In this document: one piece after another, positions 14,913 through 28,545 of the stretch
Position numbering within the stretch: the first letter of the stretch is position 1
How the letters are laid out: each line of letters opens with the position of its first letter
Assembly: GCF_039654945.1 (NCBI RefSeq)
Contig: NW_027361819.1
Span: forward strand, 2,790,001-2,854,000
DNA length: 64,000 nucleotides
Direction of reading: 5' to 3'
Source of the DNA: Dendrobates tinctorius
Lineage: Eukaryota
Notes under the pieces: model-generated
Seen by the model: only the letters and a program-made list of their open reading frames with translations
What the model was told of the DNA's origin: nothing
The model's database searches: none
Program-made: the position numbers and the translations under genes

Positions 14913-17900
14913 TGCAGAGCATCTCACCGAGACAGCAGAGCATCTCACCGAGACAGCAGAGCATCTCACAGACAGCAGAGCATCTCACCGACAGCAGAGC
15001 GTCTCACCGAGACTGCGGAGCGTCTCACCGAGGCAGCAGAGCATCTCACAGACAGCAGAGCATCTCACCGAGACTGCAGAGCATCTCACCGAGACAGCAG
15101 TGCATCTCACCGAGGCAGCAGAGCATCTCACCGAGGCAGCAGAGCATCTCACCGAGGCAGCAGAGCATCTCACCGAGACAACAGAGCATCTCACCGAGGC
15201 AGCAGAGCATCTCACAGACAGCAGAGCGTCTCACCGAGACAACAGAGCATCTCACCGAGGCAGCAGAGCATCTCACAGACAGCAGAGCATCTCACAGACA
15301 GCAGAGCATCTCACCGAGACAGCAGAGCATCTCACCGAGGCAGCAGAGCATCTCACAGACAGCAGAGCATCTCACAGACAGCGGAGCGTCTCACCGAGAC
15401 AGCAGAGCATCTCACAGACAGCAGAGCATCTCACCGAGACTGCAGTGCATCTCACAGACAGCAGAGCATCTCACCGAGACTGCAGTGCATCTCACCGAGA
15501 CTGCAGAGCATCTCACCGAGGCAGCAGAGTATCTCACAGACAGCAGAGCATCTCACAGACAGCGGAGCGTCTCACCGAGACAGCGGAGCATCTCACAGAG
15601 ACTGCAGAGCATCTCACAGACAGCAGAGCATCTCACCGAGACAGCAGAGCATCTCACCGAGACTGCAGAGCATCTCACCGAGGCAGCAGAGTATCTCACA
15701 GACAGTAGAGCATCTCACCGAGACAGCAGAGCATCTCACCGAGACAGCAGAGTATCTCACAGACAGTAGAGCATCTCACCGAGACTGCAGAGCATCTCAC
15801 AGAGCATCTCACCGAGACTGCAGAGCATCTCACCGAGACTGCAGAGCATCTCACCGAGACTGCAGAGCATCTCACCGAGACTGCAGAGCATCTCACAGAG
15901 CATCTCACCGAGACAACAGAGCATCTCACCGAGACTGCAGAGCATCTCACCGAGACTGCAGAGCATCTCACAGAGCATCTCACCGAGACTGCAGAGCATC
16001 TCACCGAGGCAGCAGAGCATCTCACAGACAGCAGAGCATCTCACCGAGACAACAGAGCATCTCACCGAGACAACAGAGCATCTCACCGAGACTGCAGAGC
16101 ATCTCACCGAGACTGCAGAGCATCTCACCGAGACTGCAGAGCATCTCACCGAGACAACAGAGCATCTCACAGACAGCAGAGCATCTCACCGAGACAGCGG
16201 AGCATCTCACCGAGACAGCGGAGCGTCTCACCGAGGCAGCGGAGCGTCTCACCGAGACTGCAGAGCGTCTCACCGAGACAGCGGAGCGTCTCACCGAGAC
16301 TGCAGAGCGTCTCACCGAGGCAGCGGAGCTTCTCACCGAGACAGCGGAGCGTCTCACCGAGACTGCAGAGCGTCTCACCGAGGCAGCGGAGCATCTCACC
16401 GAGACTGCAGAGCATCTCACCGAGACTGCAGAGCATCTCACAGACAGCAGAGCATCTCACCGAGACAACAGAGCATCTCACAGACAGCAGAGCATCTCAC
16501 CGAGACTGCAGAGCATCTCACCGAGACTGCAGAGCATCTCACCGAGGCAGCAGAGTATCTCACAGACAGTAGAGCATCTCACCGAGACTGCAGAGCATCT
16601 CACAGAGCATCTCACCGAGACTGCAGAGCATCTCACCGAGACAACAGAGCATCTCACTGAGACTGCAGAGCATCTCACCGAGACTGCAGAGCATCTCACA
16701 GAGCATCTCACCGAGACTGCAGAGCATCTCACCGAGGCAGCAGAGCATCTCACAGACAGCAGAGCATCTCACCAAGACTGCAGAGCATCTCACCGAGGCA
16801 GCAGAGCATCTCACCGAGACAACAGAGCATCTCACCGAGACAGCAGAGCGTCTCACCGAGACTGCAGAGCGTCTCACCGAGGCAGCGGAGCGTCTCACCG
16901 AGACTGCAGAGCATCTCACCGAGACTGCAGAGCATCTCACAGACAGCAGAGCATCTCACAGACAGCAGAGCATCTCACCGAGACTGCAGAGCATCTCACC
17001 GAGACAACAGAGCATCTCACAGACAGCAGAGCATCTCACCGAGACTGCAGAGCATCTCACCGAGACTGCAGAGCATCTCACCGAGGCAGCAGAGCATCTC
17101 ACCGAGACAGCAGAGCATCTCACCGAGACAGCAGAGTATCTCACAGACAGTAGAGCATCTCACCGAGACTGCAGAGCATCTCACAGAGCATCTCACCGAG
17201 ACTGCAGAGCATCTCACCGAGACAACAGAGCATCTCACCGAGACTGCAGAGCATCTCACCGAGACTGCAGAGCATCTCACAGAGCATCTCACCGAGACTG
17301 CAGAGCATCTCACCGAGGCAGCAGAGCATCTCACAGACAGCAGAGCATCTCACCAAGACTGCAGAGCATCTCACCGAGGCAGCAGAGCATCTCACCGAGA
17401 CAACAGAGCATCTCACCGAGACAGCAGAGCATCTCACCGAGACAGCAGAGCATCTCACCGAGACAGCAGAGCATCTCACAGACTGCAGAGCATCTCACCA
17501 AGACTGCAGAGCATCTCACCGAGACAACAGAGCATCTCACCGAGACAGCAGAGCATCTCACCGAGACTGCAGAGCATCTCACCGAGACTGCAGAGCATCT
17601 CACCGAGGCAGCAGAGCATCTCACCGAGGCAGCAGAGCATCTCACCGAGACTGCAGAGCATCTCACCGAGACTGCAGAGCATCTCACAGACAGCAGAGCA
17701 TCTCACAGACAGCAGAGCATCTCACCGAGACAGCAGAGCATCTCACAGACAGCAGAGCATCTCACCGAGACTGCAGAGCATCTCACCAAGACTGCAGAGC
17801 ATCTCACCGAGGCAGCAGAGCATCTCACCGAGACAGCAGAGCGTCTCACCGAGACAGCAGAGCATCTCACAGACAGCAGAGCATCTCACCGAGGCAGCAG

Positions 17901-20900
17901 AGCATCTCACAGAGGAGCAGAGCATCTCACCGAGACTGCAGAGCATCTCACAGACAGCAGAGCATCTCACCGAGACTGCAGAGCATCTCACCAAGACTGC
18001 AGAGCATCTCACCGAGGCAGCAGAGCATCTCACCGAGACAGCAGAGCATCTCACCGAGACAGCAGAGCGTCTCACCGAGACAGCAGAGCGTCTCACAGAC
18101 AGCAGAGCATCTCACAGACAGCAGAGCATCTCACCGAGACTGCAGAGCATCTCACAGACAGCAGAGCATCTCACAGACAGCAGAGCATCTCACCGAGACA
18201 GAGGAGCATCTCACCGAGACTGCAGAGCATCTCACAGACAGCAGAGCATCTCACCGAGACTGCAGAGCATCTCACCGAGACAACAGAGCATCTCACCGAG
18301 ACAACAGAGCATCTCACCGAGACAGCAGAGCATCTCACCGAGACTGCAGAGCATCTCAACGAGGCAGCAGAGCATCTCACCGAGACAGCAGAGTATCTCA
18401 CAGACAGTAGAGCATCTCACCGAGACTGCAGAGCATCTCACAGAGCATCTCACCGAGACTGCAGAGCATCTCACCGAGACAGCAGAGCATCTCACCGAGA
18501 CTGCAGAGCATCTCACCGAGGCAGCAGAGCATCTCACCGAGGCAGCAGAGCATCTCACAGACAGCAGAGCATCTCACCAAGACTGCAGAGCATCTCACCG
18601 AGGCAGCAGAGCATCTCACCGAGGCAGCAGAGCATCTCACCGAGACAACAGAGCATCTCACAGACAGCAGAGCATCTCACCGAGACTGCAGAGCATCTCA
18701 CAGACAGCAGAGCATCTCACCGAGACAGCAGAGCATCTCACCGAGACAGCAGAGCATCTCACCGAGACTGCAGAGCATATCACCAAGACTGCAGAGCATC
18801 TCACCAAGACTGCAGAGCATCTCACCAAGACTGCAGAGCATCTCACCGAGGCAGCAGAGCATCTCACCGAGGCAGCAGAGAATCTCACCGAGGCAGCAGA
18901 GAATCTCACCGAGGCAGCGGAGCATCTCACCGAGGCAGCGGAGCATCTCACCGAGACAGCGGAGCATCTCACCGAGACAGAGGAGCATCTCACCGAGACT
19001 GCAGAGCATCTCACCGAGACAACAGAGCATCTCACCGAGACAGCAGAGCATCTCACAGACAGCAGAGCATCTCACAGACGACAGAGCATCTCACCGAGAC
19101 AGCAGAGCATCTCACAGACAGCAGAGCATCTCACCGAGACTGCAGAGCATCTCACCAAGACTGCAGAGCATCTCACCAAGACTGCAGAGCATCTCACCGA
19201 GACTGCAGAGCATCTCACCGAGACAGCAGAGCATCTCACCGAGACAGCAGAGCGTCTCACAGACAGCAGAGCATCTCACCGAGGCAGCAGAGCATCTCAC
19301 AGAGGAGCAGAGCATCTCACCGAGACAGCAGAGCATCTCACCGAGGCAGCAGAGCATCTCACCGAGGCAGCAGAGCGTCTCACCGAGACTGCAGAGCGTC
19401 TCACCGAGACAGCAGAGCGTCTCACCGAGACTGCAGAGCGTCTCACCGAGGCAGCAGAGCGTCTCACCGAGACAACAGAGCATCTCACAGACAGCAGAGC
19501 ATCTCACCGAGACTGCAGAGCATCTCACCGAGACTGCAGAGCATCTCACAGACAGCAGAGCATCTCACAGACAGCAGAGCATCTCACCGAGACAGAGGAG
19601 CATCTCACCGAGACTGCAGAGCATCTCACAGACAGCAGAGCATCTCACCGAGACTGCAGAGCATCTCACCGAGACAACAGAGCATCTCACAGACAGCAGA
19701 GCATCTCACCGAGACTGCAGAGCATCTCACCGAGGCAGCAGAGCATCTCACCGAGACAGCAGAGTATCTCACAGACAGTAGAGCATCTCACCGAGACTGC
19801 AGAGCATCTCACAGAGCATCTCACCGAGACTGCAGAGCATCTCACCGAGACAACAGAGCATCTCACAGACAGCAGAGCATCTCACAGACAGCAGAGCATC
19901 TCACCAAGACTGCAGAGCATCTCACCGAGACAACAGAGCATCTCACAGACAGCAGAGCATCTCACCGAGACAGCAGAGCATCTCACCGAGACTGCAGAGC
20001 ATATCACCAAGACTGCAGAGCATCTCACCAAGACTGCAGAGCATCTCACCGAGGCAGCAGAGCATCTCACAGACAGCAGAGCATCTCACCGAGGCAGCAG
20101 AGCATCTCACCGAGACAGCGGAGCATCTCACCGAGACAGAGGAGCATCTCACCGAGACTGCAGAGCATCTCACCGAGACAACAGAGCATCTCACCGAGAC
20201 AGCAGAGCATCTCACAGACAGCAGAGCATCTCACCGAGACAGCAGAGCATCTCACCGAGACAGCAGAGCATCTCACAGACAGCAGAGCATCTCACCGAGA
20301 CTGCAGAGCATCTCACCGAGACTGCAGAGCATCTCACCAAGACTGCAGAGCATCTCACCGAGGCAGCAGAGCATCTCACCGAGACAGCAGAGCATCTCAC
20401 CGAGACAGCAGAGCGTCTCACCGAGACAGCAGAGCATCTCACCGAGACAGCAGAGCATCTCACCGAGGCAGCAGAGCATCTCACAGAGGAGCAGAGCATC
20501 TCACCGAGACAGCAGAGCGTCTCACCGAGGCAGCAGAGCGTCTCACCGAGACTGCAGAGCGTCTCACCGAGGCAGCAGAGCGTCTCACCGAGACAGCAGA
20601 GCATCTCACCGAGACAGCAGAGCATCTCACCGACAGCAGAGCATCTCACCGAGGCAGCAGAGCATCTCACAGACAGCAGAGCATCTCACCGAGGCAGCAG
20701 AGCATCTCACAGAGGAGCAGAGCATCTCACCGAGACAGCAGAGCATCTCACCGAGGCAGCAGAGCTTCTCACCGAGACAGCAGAGCTTCTCACCGAGACT
20801 ACAGAGCATCTCACAGAGGCAGCAGAGCATCTCACAGAGGCAGCAGAGCATCTCACAGAGGCAGCAGAGCATCTCACAGAGACTACAGAGCATCTCACCG

Positions 20901-21005
20901 AGACAGCAGAGCATCTCACAGAGACAGGAGAGCATCTCACAGAGACTGCAGAGCATCTCACAGAGGCAGCAGAGCATCTCACCAAGACTGCAGAACATCT
21001 CAGAG
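14913..21005. repeat. About 6.1-kb minisatellite of 21/19-bp units
   Basis: GCAGAGCATCTCACCGAGACA, ...GAGACT and ...GAGGCA variants plus 19-bp GCAGAGCATCTCACAGACA, roughly 300 units. Confidence 0.98.
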
Positions 21006-21094
21006 ATGTGATCGGATTTCTCCATTGTATTCTTTGTTCTATTTATGACATTTCTTGTCCGTCTTTTATTTGTAACAAAAAAAAAAACATTTCT

Positions 21095-21166
21095 TGCGTT
21101 GGCCGGGAATCGAACCCGGGTCAACTGCTTGGAAGGCAGCTATGCTCACCACTATACCACCAACGC
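21095..21166 (-). tRNA. tRNA-Gly (anticodon TCC)
   Basis: Minus strand GCGTTGGTGGTATAGTGGTGAGCATAGCTGCCTTCCAAGCAGTTGACCCGGGTTCGATTCCCGGCCAACGCA, 72 nt, canonical vertebrate sequence; oligo-T terminator at 21077-21087. Confidence 0.98.
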
Positions 21167-21464
21167 CTGATGCTGCTGCTCTCTTGCTCACGGTTTCCTC
21201 CAGCCGATGTGCTGTGACTGTGTTTCTATAGTCCGTGTTTGCTGTGGACATTTCTGCACCCAAAACACATCACTTATCAGGGAAAAAGCTGCATGAAATC
21301 CGCACGGGTTTATGTATTTCAGTTATTAGAACGGGTGAAAAATGCTGAAAGAATTGACAAATTGTAGAAAAGAAACTGCTTCATATTTGGGACGGAAAAT
21401 GTTTATTTCCTGGAAAAAAAAAACGCAGCATGTGAACAGACCCCGAGTGTGTGGATACTAGAAA

Positions 21465-23052
21465 AGTGACCCCCAGGGCGTAAGAGGCCAGACCTGTGAC
21501 CCCCAGGGTGTACGAGGCCAGCTCTCCGCTCCCTAGGCACAGTGACCCCCTGGGTGTAAGAGGCCAGACCTCCGCTCCCTAGGCACAGTGACCCCCAGGG
21601 TGTAAGAGGCCAGACCTCCGCTCCCTAGGCACAGTGACCCCCAGGGTGTAAGAGGCCAGACCTCCGCTCCCTAGGCACAGTGACCCCAGGGTGTAAGAGG
21701 CCAGACCTCTGCCCCCTAGGCACAGTGACCCCAGGGTGTAAGAGGCCAGATCTCCGCTCCCTAGGCACAGTGACCCCTGGATGTAAGAGGCCAGATCTCC
21801 GCTCCCTAGGCACAGTGACCCCAGGGTGTAAGAGGCCAGATCTCCGCTCCCTAGGCACAGTGACCCCAGGGTGTAAGAGGCCAGATCTCTGCCCCCTAGG
21901 CACAGTGACCCCCAGGGTGTAAGAGGCCAGACCTCCGCTCCCTAGGCACAGTGACCCCAGGGTGTAAGAGGCCAGACCTCTGCCCCCTAGGCACAGTGAC
22001 CCCAGGGTGTAAGAGGCCAGATCTCCGCTCCCTAGGCACAGTGACCCCTGGATGTAAGAGGCCAGATCTCCGCTCCCTAGGCACAGTGACCCCAGGGTGT
22101 AAGAGGCCAGATCTCTGCTCCCTAGGCACAGTGACCCCAGGGTGTAAGAGGCCAGACCTCTGCCCCCTAGGCACAGTGACCCCAGGGTGTAAGAGGCCAG
22201 CTCTCCGCTCCCTAGGCACAGTGACCCCCTGGGTGTATGAGGCCAGATCTCCGCTCCCTAGGCACAGTGACCCCAGGGTGTAAGAGGCCAGATCTCCGCT
22301 CCCTAGGCACAGTGACCCCAGGGTGTAAGAGGCCAGACCTCCGCTCCCTAGGCACAGCGACCCCAGGGTGTAAGAGGCCAGACCTCTGCCCCCTAGGCAC
22401 AGTGACCCCTGGGTGTAAGAGGCCAGACCTCTGCCCCCTAGGCACAGTGACCCCTGGGTGTAAGAGGCCAGATCTCAGCTCCCTAGGCACAGTGACCCCA
22501 GGGTGTAAGAGGCCAGACCTCCGCTCCCTAGGCACAGTGACCCCAGGGTGTAAGAGGCCAGACCTCCGCTCCCTAGGCACAGTGACCCCAGGGTGTAAGA
22601 GGCCAGACCTCCGCCCCCTAGGCACAGTGACCCCAGGGTGTAAGAGGCCAGATCTCCACCCCCTAGGCACAGTGACCCCTGGATGTAAGAGGCCAGATCT
22701 CCACCCTCTAGGCACAGTGACCCCAGGGTGTAAGAGGCCAGATCTCCGCTCCCTAGGCACAGTGACCCCAGGGTGTAAGAGGCCAGATCGCCCCCTAGGC
22801 ACAGTGACCCCAGGGTGTAAGAGGCCAGATCTCCGCCCCCTAGGCACAGTGACCCCTGGATGTAAGAGGCCAGATCTCTGCCCCCTAGGCACAGTGACCC
22901 CAGGGTGTAAGAGGCAAGATCTCCGCTCCCTAGGCACAGTGACCCCAAAGTGTAAGAGGCCAGATCTCCGCCCCCTAGGCACAGTGACCCCAGGGTGTAA
23001 GAGGCCAGATCTCCGCCCCCTAGGCACAGTGACCCCAGGGTGTAAGAGGCCG
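21465..23052. repeat. 45-bp minisatellite, about 35 copies
   Basis: Unit CCCTAGGCACAGTGACCCCAGGGTGTAAGAGGCCAGATCTCCGCT. Confidence 0.97.
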
Positions 23053-24009
23053 GCCCCCCACCCCACAGGTAAAGTGTTTGACTGGAAATGTGACAACCTT
23101 ATCTCTGAACACAGAACCTGTCATCAGGTTGTCAGTTCCCTTCCCCCGCTCAATGGTCATGAGATGGACTCGCTAATTAATAATGAATGGAGGGACACTC
23201 ACTTTCCTTCCCAGACTTTACCTTTAAACTTAGTCCTGGAAGGGTCTTGTCTGAGAGGAGAGGGGCGACACAGCCCCCCGGCCAGGTCACAGGGATATGA
23301 TGGATGCTGGGGGTCTGGACTTAGCAGCTGTCGGGTGACAGAACCTGAGCTCATCTCCAGGGCCCAGAAATAGCTGTGACCTTTAGAGAGCGGCAGCTGC
23401 CAGCCGGGGTCGTCCGGTGGGCGAGAGTGACACCACCCTGCCATGTCTGTGCTGTTAGGAGGACCTTAGCGGGGGCTTCAGGGGTCACTATACCAGCACG
23501 CAGACCCCCACCAGGGTGGGACAGAGAGACCCCCAGCCCCCTCGAAAATGCAGGCGCCCCCACAGGGAGAATGTAGTATTACAGAACAGGCCGCCTGGAG
23601 TGGCGGGGGGTCCGGTGCACCACCCCTGCCTGCAGGCCGTATGTTGTACTGCAGCTCTGCCCCAGTCACATGAACCGAGAAGACCCAAAATACAGACACA
23701 GGCCATAGTCAGGGCGGGCGCTGCGGGTGGAAGGAAGCCGCCATGTTCTCCTGATCGCAGACAATCCCTTTAAACGTCCCCTTCACCCCCCATACACTAG
23801 GTGCGGAGGCGAGCACAGCACCCTGGGGCGGTTTGTAAGGAGACAATACGAGTGGTCTGGACTTGTCCCCGCTGTTTTGTGCTGTGGGATTATAGGCCGA
23901 ATGAGGAATTTGCCAGTCAGCGGGATAATGGGGGCAGGCGGGGGGCTCCTCCTGAGCAGCTGCACTGGTGGCGGGGGTCTGCCTGTGTGACAGCGCTCAC
24001 GTAGGACCG

Positions 24010-24742
24010 GCACCGAGGAGGGGCACCAGGGGGCACCACTAAGACCGAGGAGGGGCACAACTAAGACCGAGGGGGGGCACCGGGGGGAACCACTAAGACC
24101 GAGGAGGGGCACCGGGGGGGCACAACTAAGATCGAGGAGGGGCGCCGGGGGGCACCACTAAGACCGAAGAGGGGCACCGAGGGGGCACAACTAAGACCGA
24201 GGAGGGGCACCGGGGGGGGCACAACTAAGACCAAGGAGGGGCACAACTAAGACTGAGGAGGGGCACCGGGGGCACAACTAAGACCGAGGAGGGGCACCGG
24301 GGGGCACAACTAAGACTGAGGAGGGGCACAACTAAGACCGAGGAGGGGCACAACTAAGACTGAGGAGGGGCACCGGGGGGCACAACTAAGACCGAGGAGG
24401 GGCACTGGGGGGCACCACTAAGACTGAAGGGGGGCACCACTAAGACTGAGGAGGGGCACCGGGGGGGAGGCACAACAAAGACTGAGGAGGGGCACCGGGG
24501 GGGGGCACGACAAAGACCGAGGAGGGGCACCGGGGGGGCACAACTAAGACCGAGGAGGGGCACCACTAAGACCGAGGAGGGGCACCGGGGGGGCACAACT
24601 AAGACTGAGGAGGGGCACCGGGGGGGCACAACTAAGACCGAGGAGGGGCACCGGGGGGGCACAACTAAGACCGAGGAGGGGCACAGGGGGGGCACAACTA
24701 AGACCGAGGAGGGGCACCGGGGAGGGGCACAACTAAGACTGA
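24010..24742. repeat. About 23-35 bp G-rich minisatellite
   Basis: GCACAACTAAGACCGAGGAGGGGCACCGGGGGG with a variable G-run. Confidence 0.93.
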
Positions 24743-25349
24743 GCAACCACCACAACCTAGACCCGGCCCACGAATCCAAGCCGGGCACTCGCCCAAAAAG
24801 ATAAAACTGGGCAGTGTAAACTCCTGGCATACAAACGGGCGACTGTGCCCACAACGCCCTGGCAGAGGCCGACGCAGCACTTTCTACAGTGTTATTAACC
24901 CATTATCCCCAGGAATTAGAGGGATGACCTTAAGCAGCCGACATCTGTACCTCACACCAGTCACCTGACCTCTGCAGCCAATCACTGCCCCAAGCGGTCA
25001 CAATATGCTGAACATGCAAAAGTCACCACTGGGACCAGTGATTGGTTGCAGCGGTCATGTGACCCCAGAGCAGCAGGAAAGGCCGTGATAACACATGGAT
25101 GACACACAGGGTGAAGGCCGCCATCATGGGCAACAGACTGGCATCGAGTCACTCGCGACATCAACAGAGAGGAAGTGACCGCGAGGAAACCGAGACATGG
25201 CGCAAAGAGGAAGGAGGCGGAAACAGGGAGACATTACCAAAGAGACAGCGGATGGAGAGAGAAAAAAGAGAGATAGAAATGAGGACCGATATAGATCACA
25301 ATGTGACTGCTACAATTCCTGCAGGGTCAACATCCTCAGTGCTGCAATG

Positions 25350-26135
25350 TCCCCCGGCCCCCCACATCGTACTCTGTGCCCCCCCAGCCCTACACATCAT
25401 ACTCTGTGCCCCCCGGCCCCACACATCGTACTCTGTGCCCCCCCGGCCCCACACATCGTACTCTGTGCCCCCCCGGCCCCACACATCGTACTCTGTGCCC
25501 CCCCGGCCCCACACATCGTACTCTGTGCCCCCCCGGCCCCACACATCGTACTCTGTGCCCCCCCGGCCCCACACATCGTACTCTGTGCCCCCCGGCCCCA
25601 CACATCGTACTCTGTGCCCCCCGGCCCTACACATCGTACCTTGTGCCCCTGGCCTCACACATCGTACTCTGTGCCCCCCGGCCCTACACATCGCACTCTG
25701 TGCCCCCCCGGCCCCACACATCGTACTCTGTGCCCCCCGGCCCCACACATCGTACTCTGTGCCCCCCGGCCCTACACATCGTACTCTGTGCCCCCCCAGC
25801 CTCACACGTCGTACTCTGTGCCCCCCCAGCCTCACACGTCGTACTCTGTGCCCCCGGCCCCACACATCGTACCTTGTGCCCCCGGCCTCACACATCGTAC
25901 TCTGTGCCCCCGGCCTCACACATCGTACTCTGTGCCCCCCGGCCCCACACGTCGTACTCTGTGCCCCCGGCCTCACACGTCGTACTCTGTGCCCCCGGCC
26001 CCACACGTCGTACTCTGTGCCCCCGGCCCCACACATCGTACCTTGTGCCCCCGGCCCCACACATCGTACTCTGTGCCCCCGGCCCCACACGTCGTACTCT
26101 GTGCCCCCGGCCCCACACATCATAGTCTGTGCCCC
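25350..26135. repeat. 28-30 bp C-rich minisatellite
   Basis: CCCCGGCCCCACACATCGTACTCTGTGCCC; begins a few bases into the intron that follows the muscle-type first exon. Confidence 0.95.
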
Positions 26136-26146
26136 CCACCTCTTAC

Positions 26147-26350
26147 CTGGTGCTCTGGAGAAGCAGGCGGTTAGTCAGTGACTCGGCTCTGAGTGCCCGG
26201 CCGCTCCGCACTGGGTGGTTTATAAAGGCGGCCTCCTTGGTATGAAGAGTTTGTCACTGACCTTCGTGGATGACCCCTGACCTTTCCCACCCGAGTAAAT
26301 ATAGCCCGAGTCCTCGGCATGTGAAACCGGAGAGACGGTGACATTCACAG
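26147..26350 (-). promoter_or_regulatory. aldoa: Distal muscle-type aldoa promoter (pM-like) and about 50-nt non-coding first exon
   Basis: On the minus strand: TGAATGTCA...TCCGGTTTC (MEF3/Six, 26323-26331), MEF2-like CTATATTTAC (26295-26304), DR1 AGGTCAGGGGTCA (26271-26283), TATA TTTATAAA (26219-26226), donor CAG|GTAAGA at 26147/26146. Confidence 0.72.
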
Positions 26351-26614
26351 AAGGTGAAGAGGCTCCTCGTGGTGTCGGCCCGGGCATCGCAGTATGGCAT
26401 CTGTGCCCTCATTGTTATGCCCAGGGCCGATCCAGAGCAGGGCAAAAGCCCCATGAGGTGGAGACCAACTGCCCCAACAAAGGTCATGGGCTCCAGACCA
26501 CCCGGGACATCGGCCCAACATGGCCGAGGGGGTCACTGTGACACCCAAGGTCCTACATGCGGCTCAGGCGTCGAGACTCAAAGGCTTATCCACCATAAGT
26601 CCCACCACAGCAGG

Positions 26615-28545
26615 TCATTGCCCCAGACCACCAGGGAAAGGACATTAACCTCATCACTGCCTCGACCACCAGGGAAACTGACATTAACCCCATCACTGCC
26701 CCAGACCACCAGGGAAACTGACATTAACCCCATCACTGCCCCACACCACCAGGGAAACTGATATTAACCCCATCACTGCCCCACACCACCAGGGAAACGG
26801 ACAATAACTCCATCACTGCCCCAGACCACCAGGGAAAAGACATTAACCTCATCACTGCCTCGACCACCAGGGAAACTGACATTAACCCCATCACTGCCCC
26901 AGACCACCAGGGAAACGGACAATAACTCCATCACTGCCCCAGACCACCAGGGAAAAGACATTAACCCCATCACTGCCCCAGACCACCAGGGAAACGGACA
27001 ATAACCCCCACCACTGCCCCAGACCACCAGGGAAATGGACAATAACCCCCACCACTGCCCCAGACCACCAGGGAAACGGACAATAACCCCATCACTGCCC
27101 CAGACCACCAGGGAAAAGACATTAACCCCATCACTGCCCCAGACCACCAGGGAAACGGACAATAACCCCCACCACTGCCCCAGACCACCAGGGAAACGGA
27201 CAATAACCCCATCACTGCCCCACACCACCAGGGAAACGGACATTAACTCCATCACTGCCCCAGACCACCAGGGAAAAGACATTAACCCCATCACTGCCCC
27301 ACATCACCAGGGAAACGGACAATAACCCCCACCACTGCCCCAGACCACCAGGGAAACGGACAATAACCCCATCACTGCCCCAGACCACCAGGGAAACTGA
27401 CATTAACCCCATCACTGCCCCAGACCACCAGGGACACGGACAATAACCCCCACCACTGCCCCAGACCACCAGGGAAACGGACAATAACTCCATCACTGCC
27501 CCAGACCACCAGGGAAAAGACATTAACCCCATCACTGCCCCACATCACCAGTGAAACGGATAATAACCCCATCACTTCCCCGACCACCAGGGAAAGGACA
27601 TTAACCCCACCACTGCCCCAGACCACCAGGGAAACGGACAATAACCCCATCACTGCCCCAGACCACCAGTGAAACTGATATTAACCCCATCACTGCCCCA
27701 GACCACCAGTGAAACTGATATTAACCCCATCACTGCCCCACACCACCAGGGAAACGAACAATAACCCCATCACTGCCCCAGACCACCAGGGAAATGGACA
27801 ATAACCCCATCACTGCCCCAGACCACCAGTGAAACTGATATTAACCCCATCACTGCCCCACACCACCAGGGAAACAAACAATAACCCCATCACTGCCCCA
27901 GACCACCAAGAAAATGGACAATAACCCCATCACTGCCCCGGGCCCCAAGGGAAACGGACAATAACCCATCACCGCCCCAGACCACCAGGGAAACTGACAA
28001 TAACCCCATCACTGCCCCAGACCACCAGGGAAACTGACATTAACCCCATCAGTACCCCAGACCACCAGGGAAACTGACAATAACCCCATCAGTACCCCAG
28101 ACCACCAGGGAAACTGACATTAACCCCATCACTGCTCCAGGCCATCAGGGAAATTGACATTAACCCCATCACTGCCCCGACCACCAGAGAAACTGACATT
28201 AACCCCATAATTGCCTCAGACCACCAGGGAAACTGACATTAACTCCATCAGTACCCCAGACCACCAGGGAAACTGACGTTCACCTGCCAGGGCTGTGGAG
28301 TCGGAGCCCATTTTGGTGGAGTCAGAGTCATGGAAATTGAGGAGTCGGAGGTTTGGCTTAACGACTCCACAGCCCTGGTTAGCCCCATCACTGCCCAAGA
28401 CCACCAGGGAAATTGATTCTGTGTACTTGACTGCCAGGACTCTTGATAACAATTTCACTCCCCTAGATCACCAGGAACACTGACATTAACCCCTTTATTT
28501 CCACAGACCACCAGGGACCCTGTCCTGATATTAACCCCATCACTG
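26615..28545. repeat. About 40-42 bp minisatellite
   Basis: CATCACTGCCCCAGACCACCAGGGAAACTGACATTAACCC and variants. Confidence 0.95.
28288..28377. mobile_element. 90-bp MITE (hAT-like) inside the minisatellite
   Basis: Perfect 16-bp TIRs CAGGGCTGTGGAGTCG / CGACTCCACAGCCCTG; TSD not cleanly preserved. Confidence 0.8.

Noticed and set aside
13575-27653. ORFs of up to 783 aa in the 33-, 21-, 45-, 30- and 42-bp arrays
   Set aside because: Repeat-derived artefacts.
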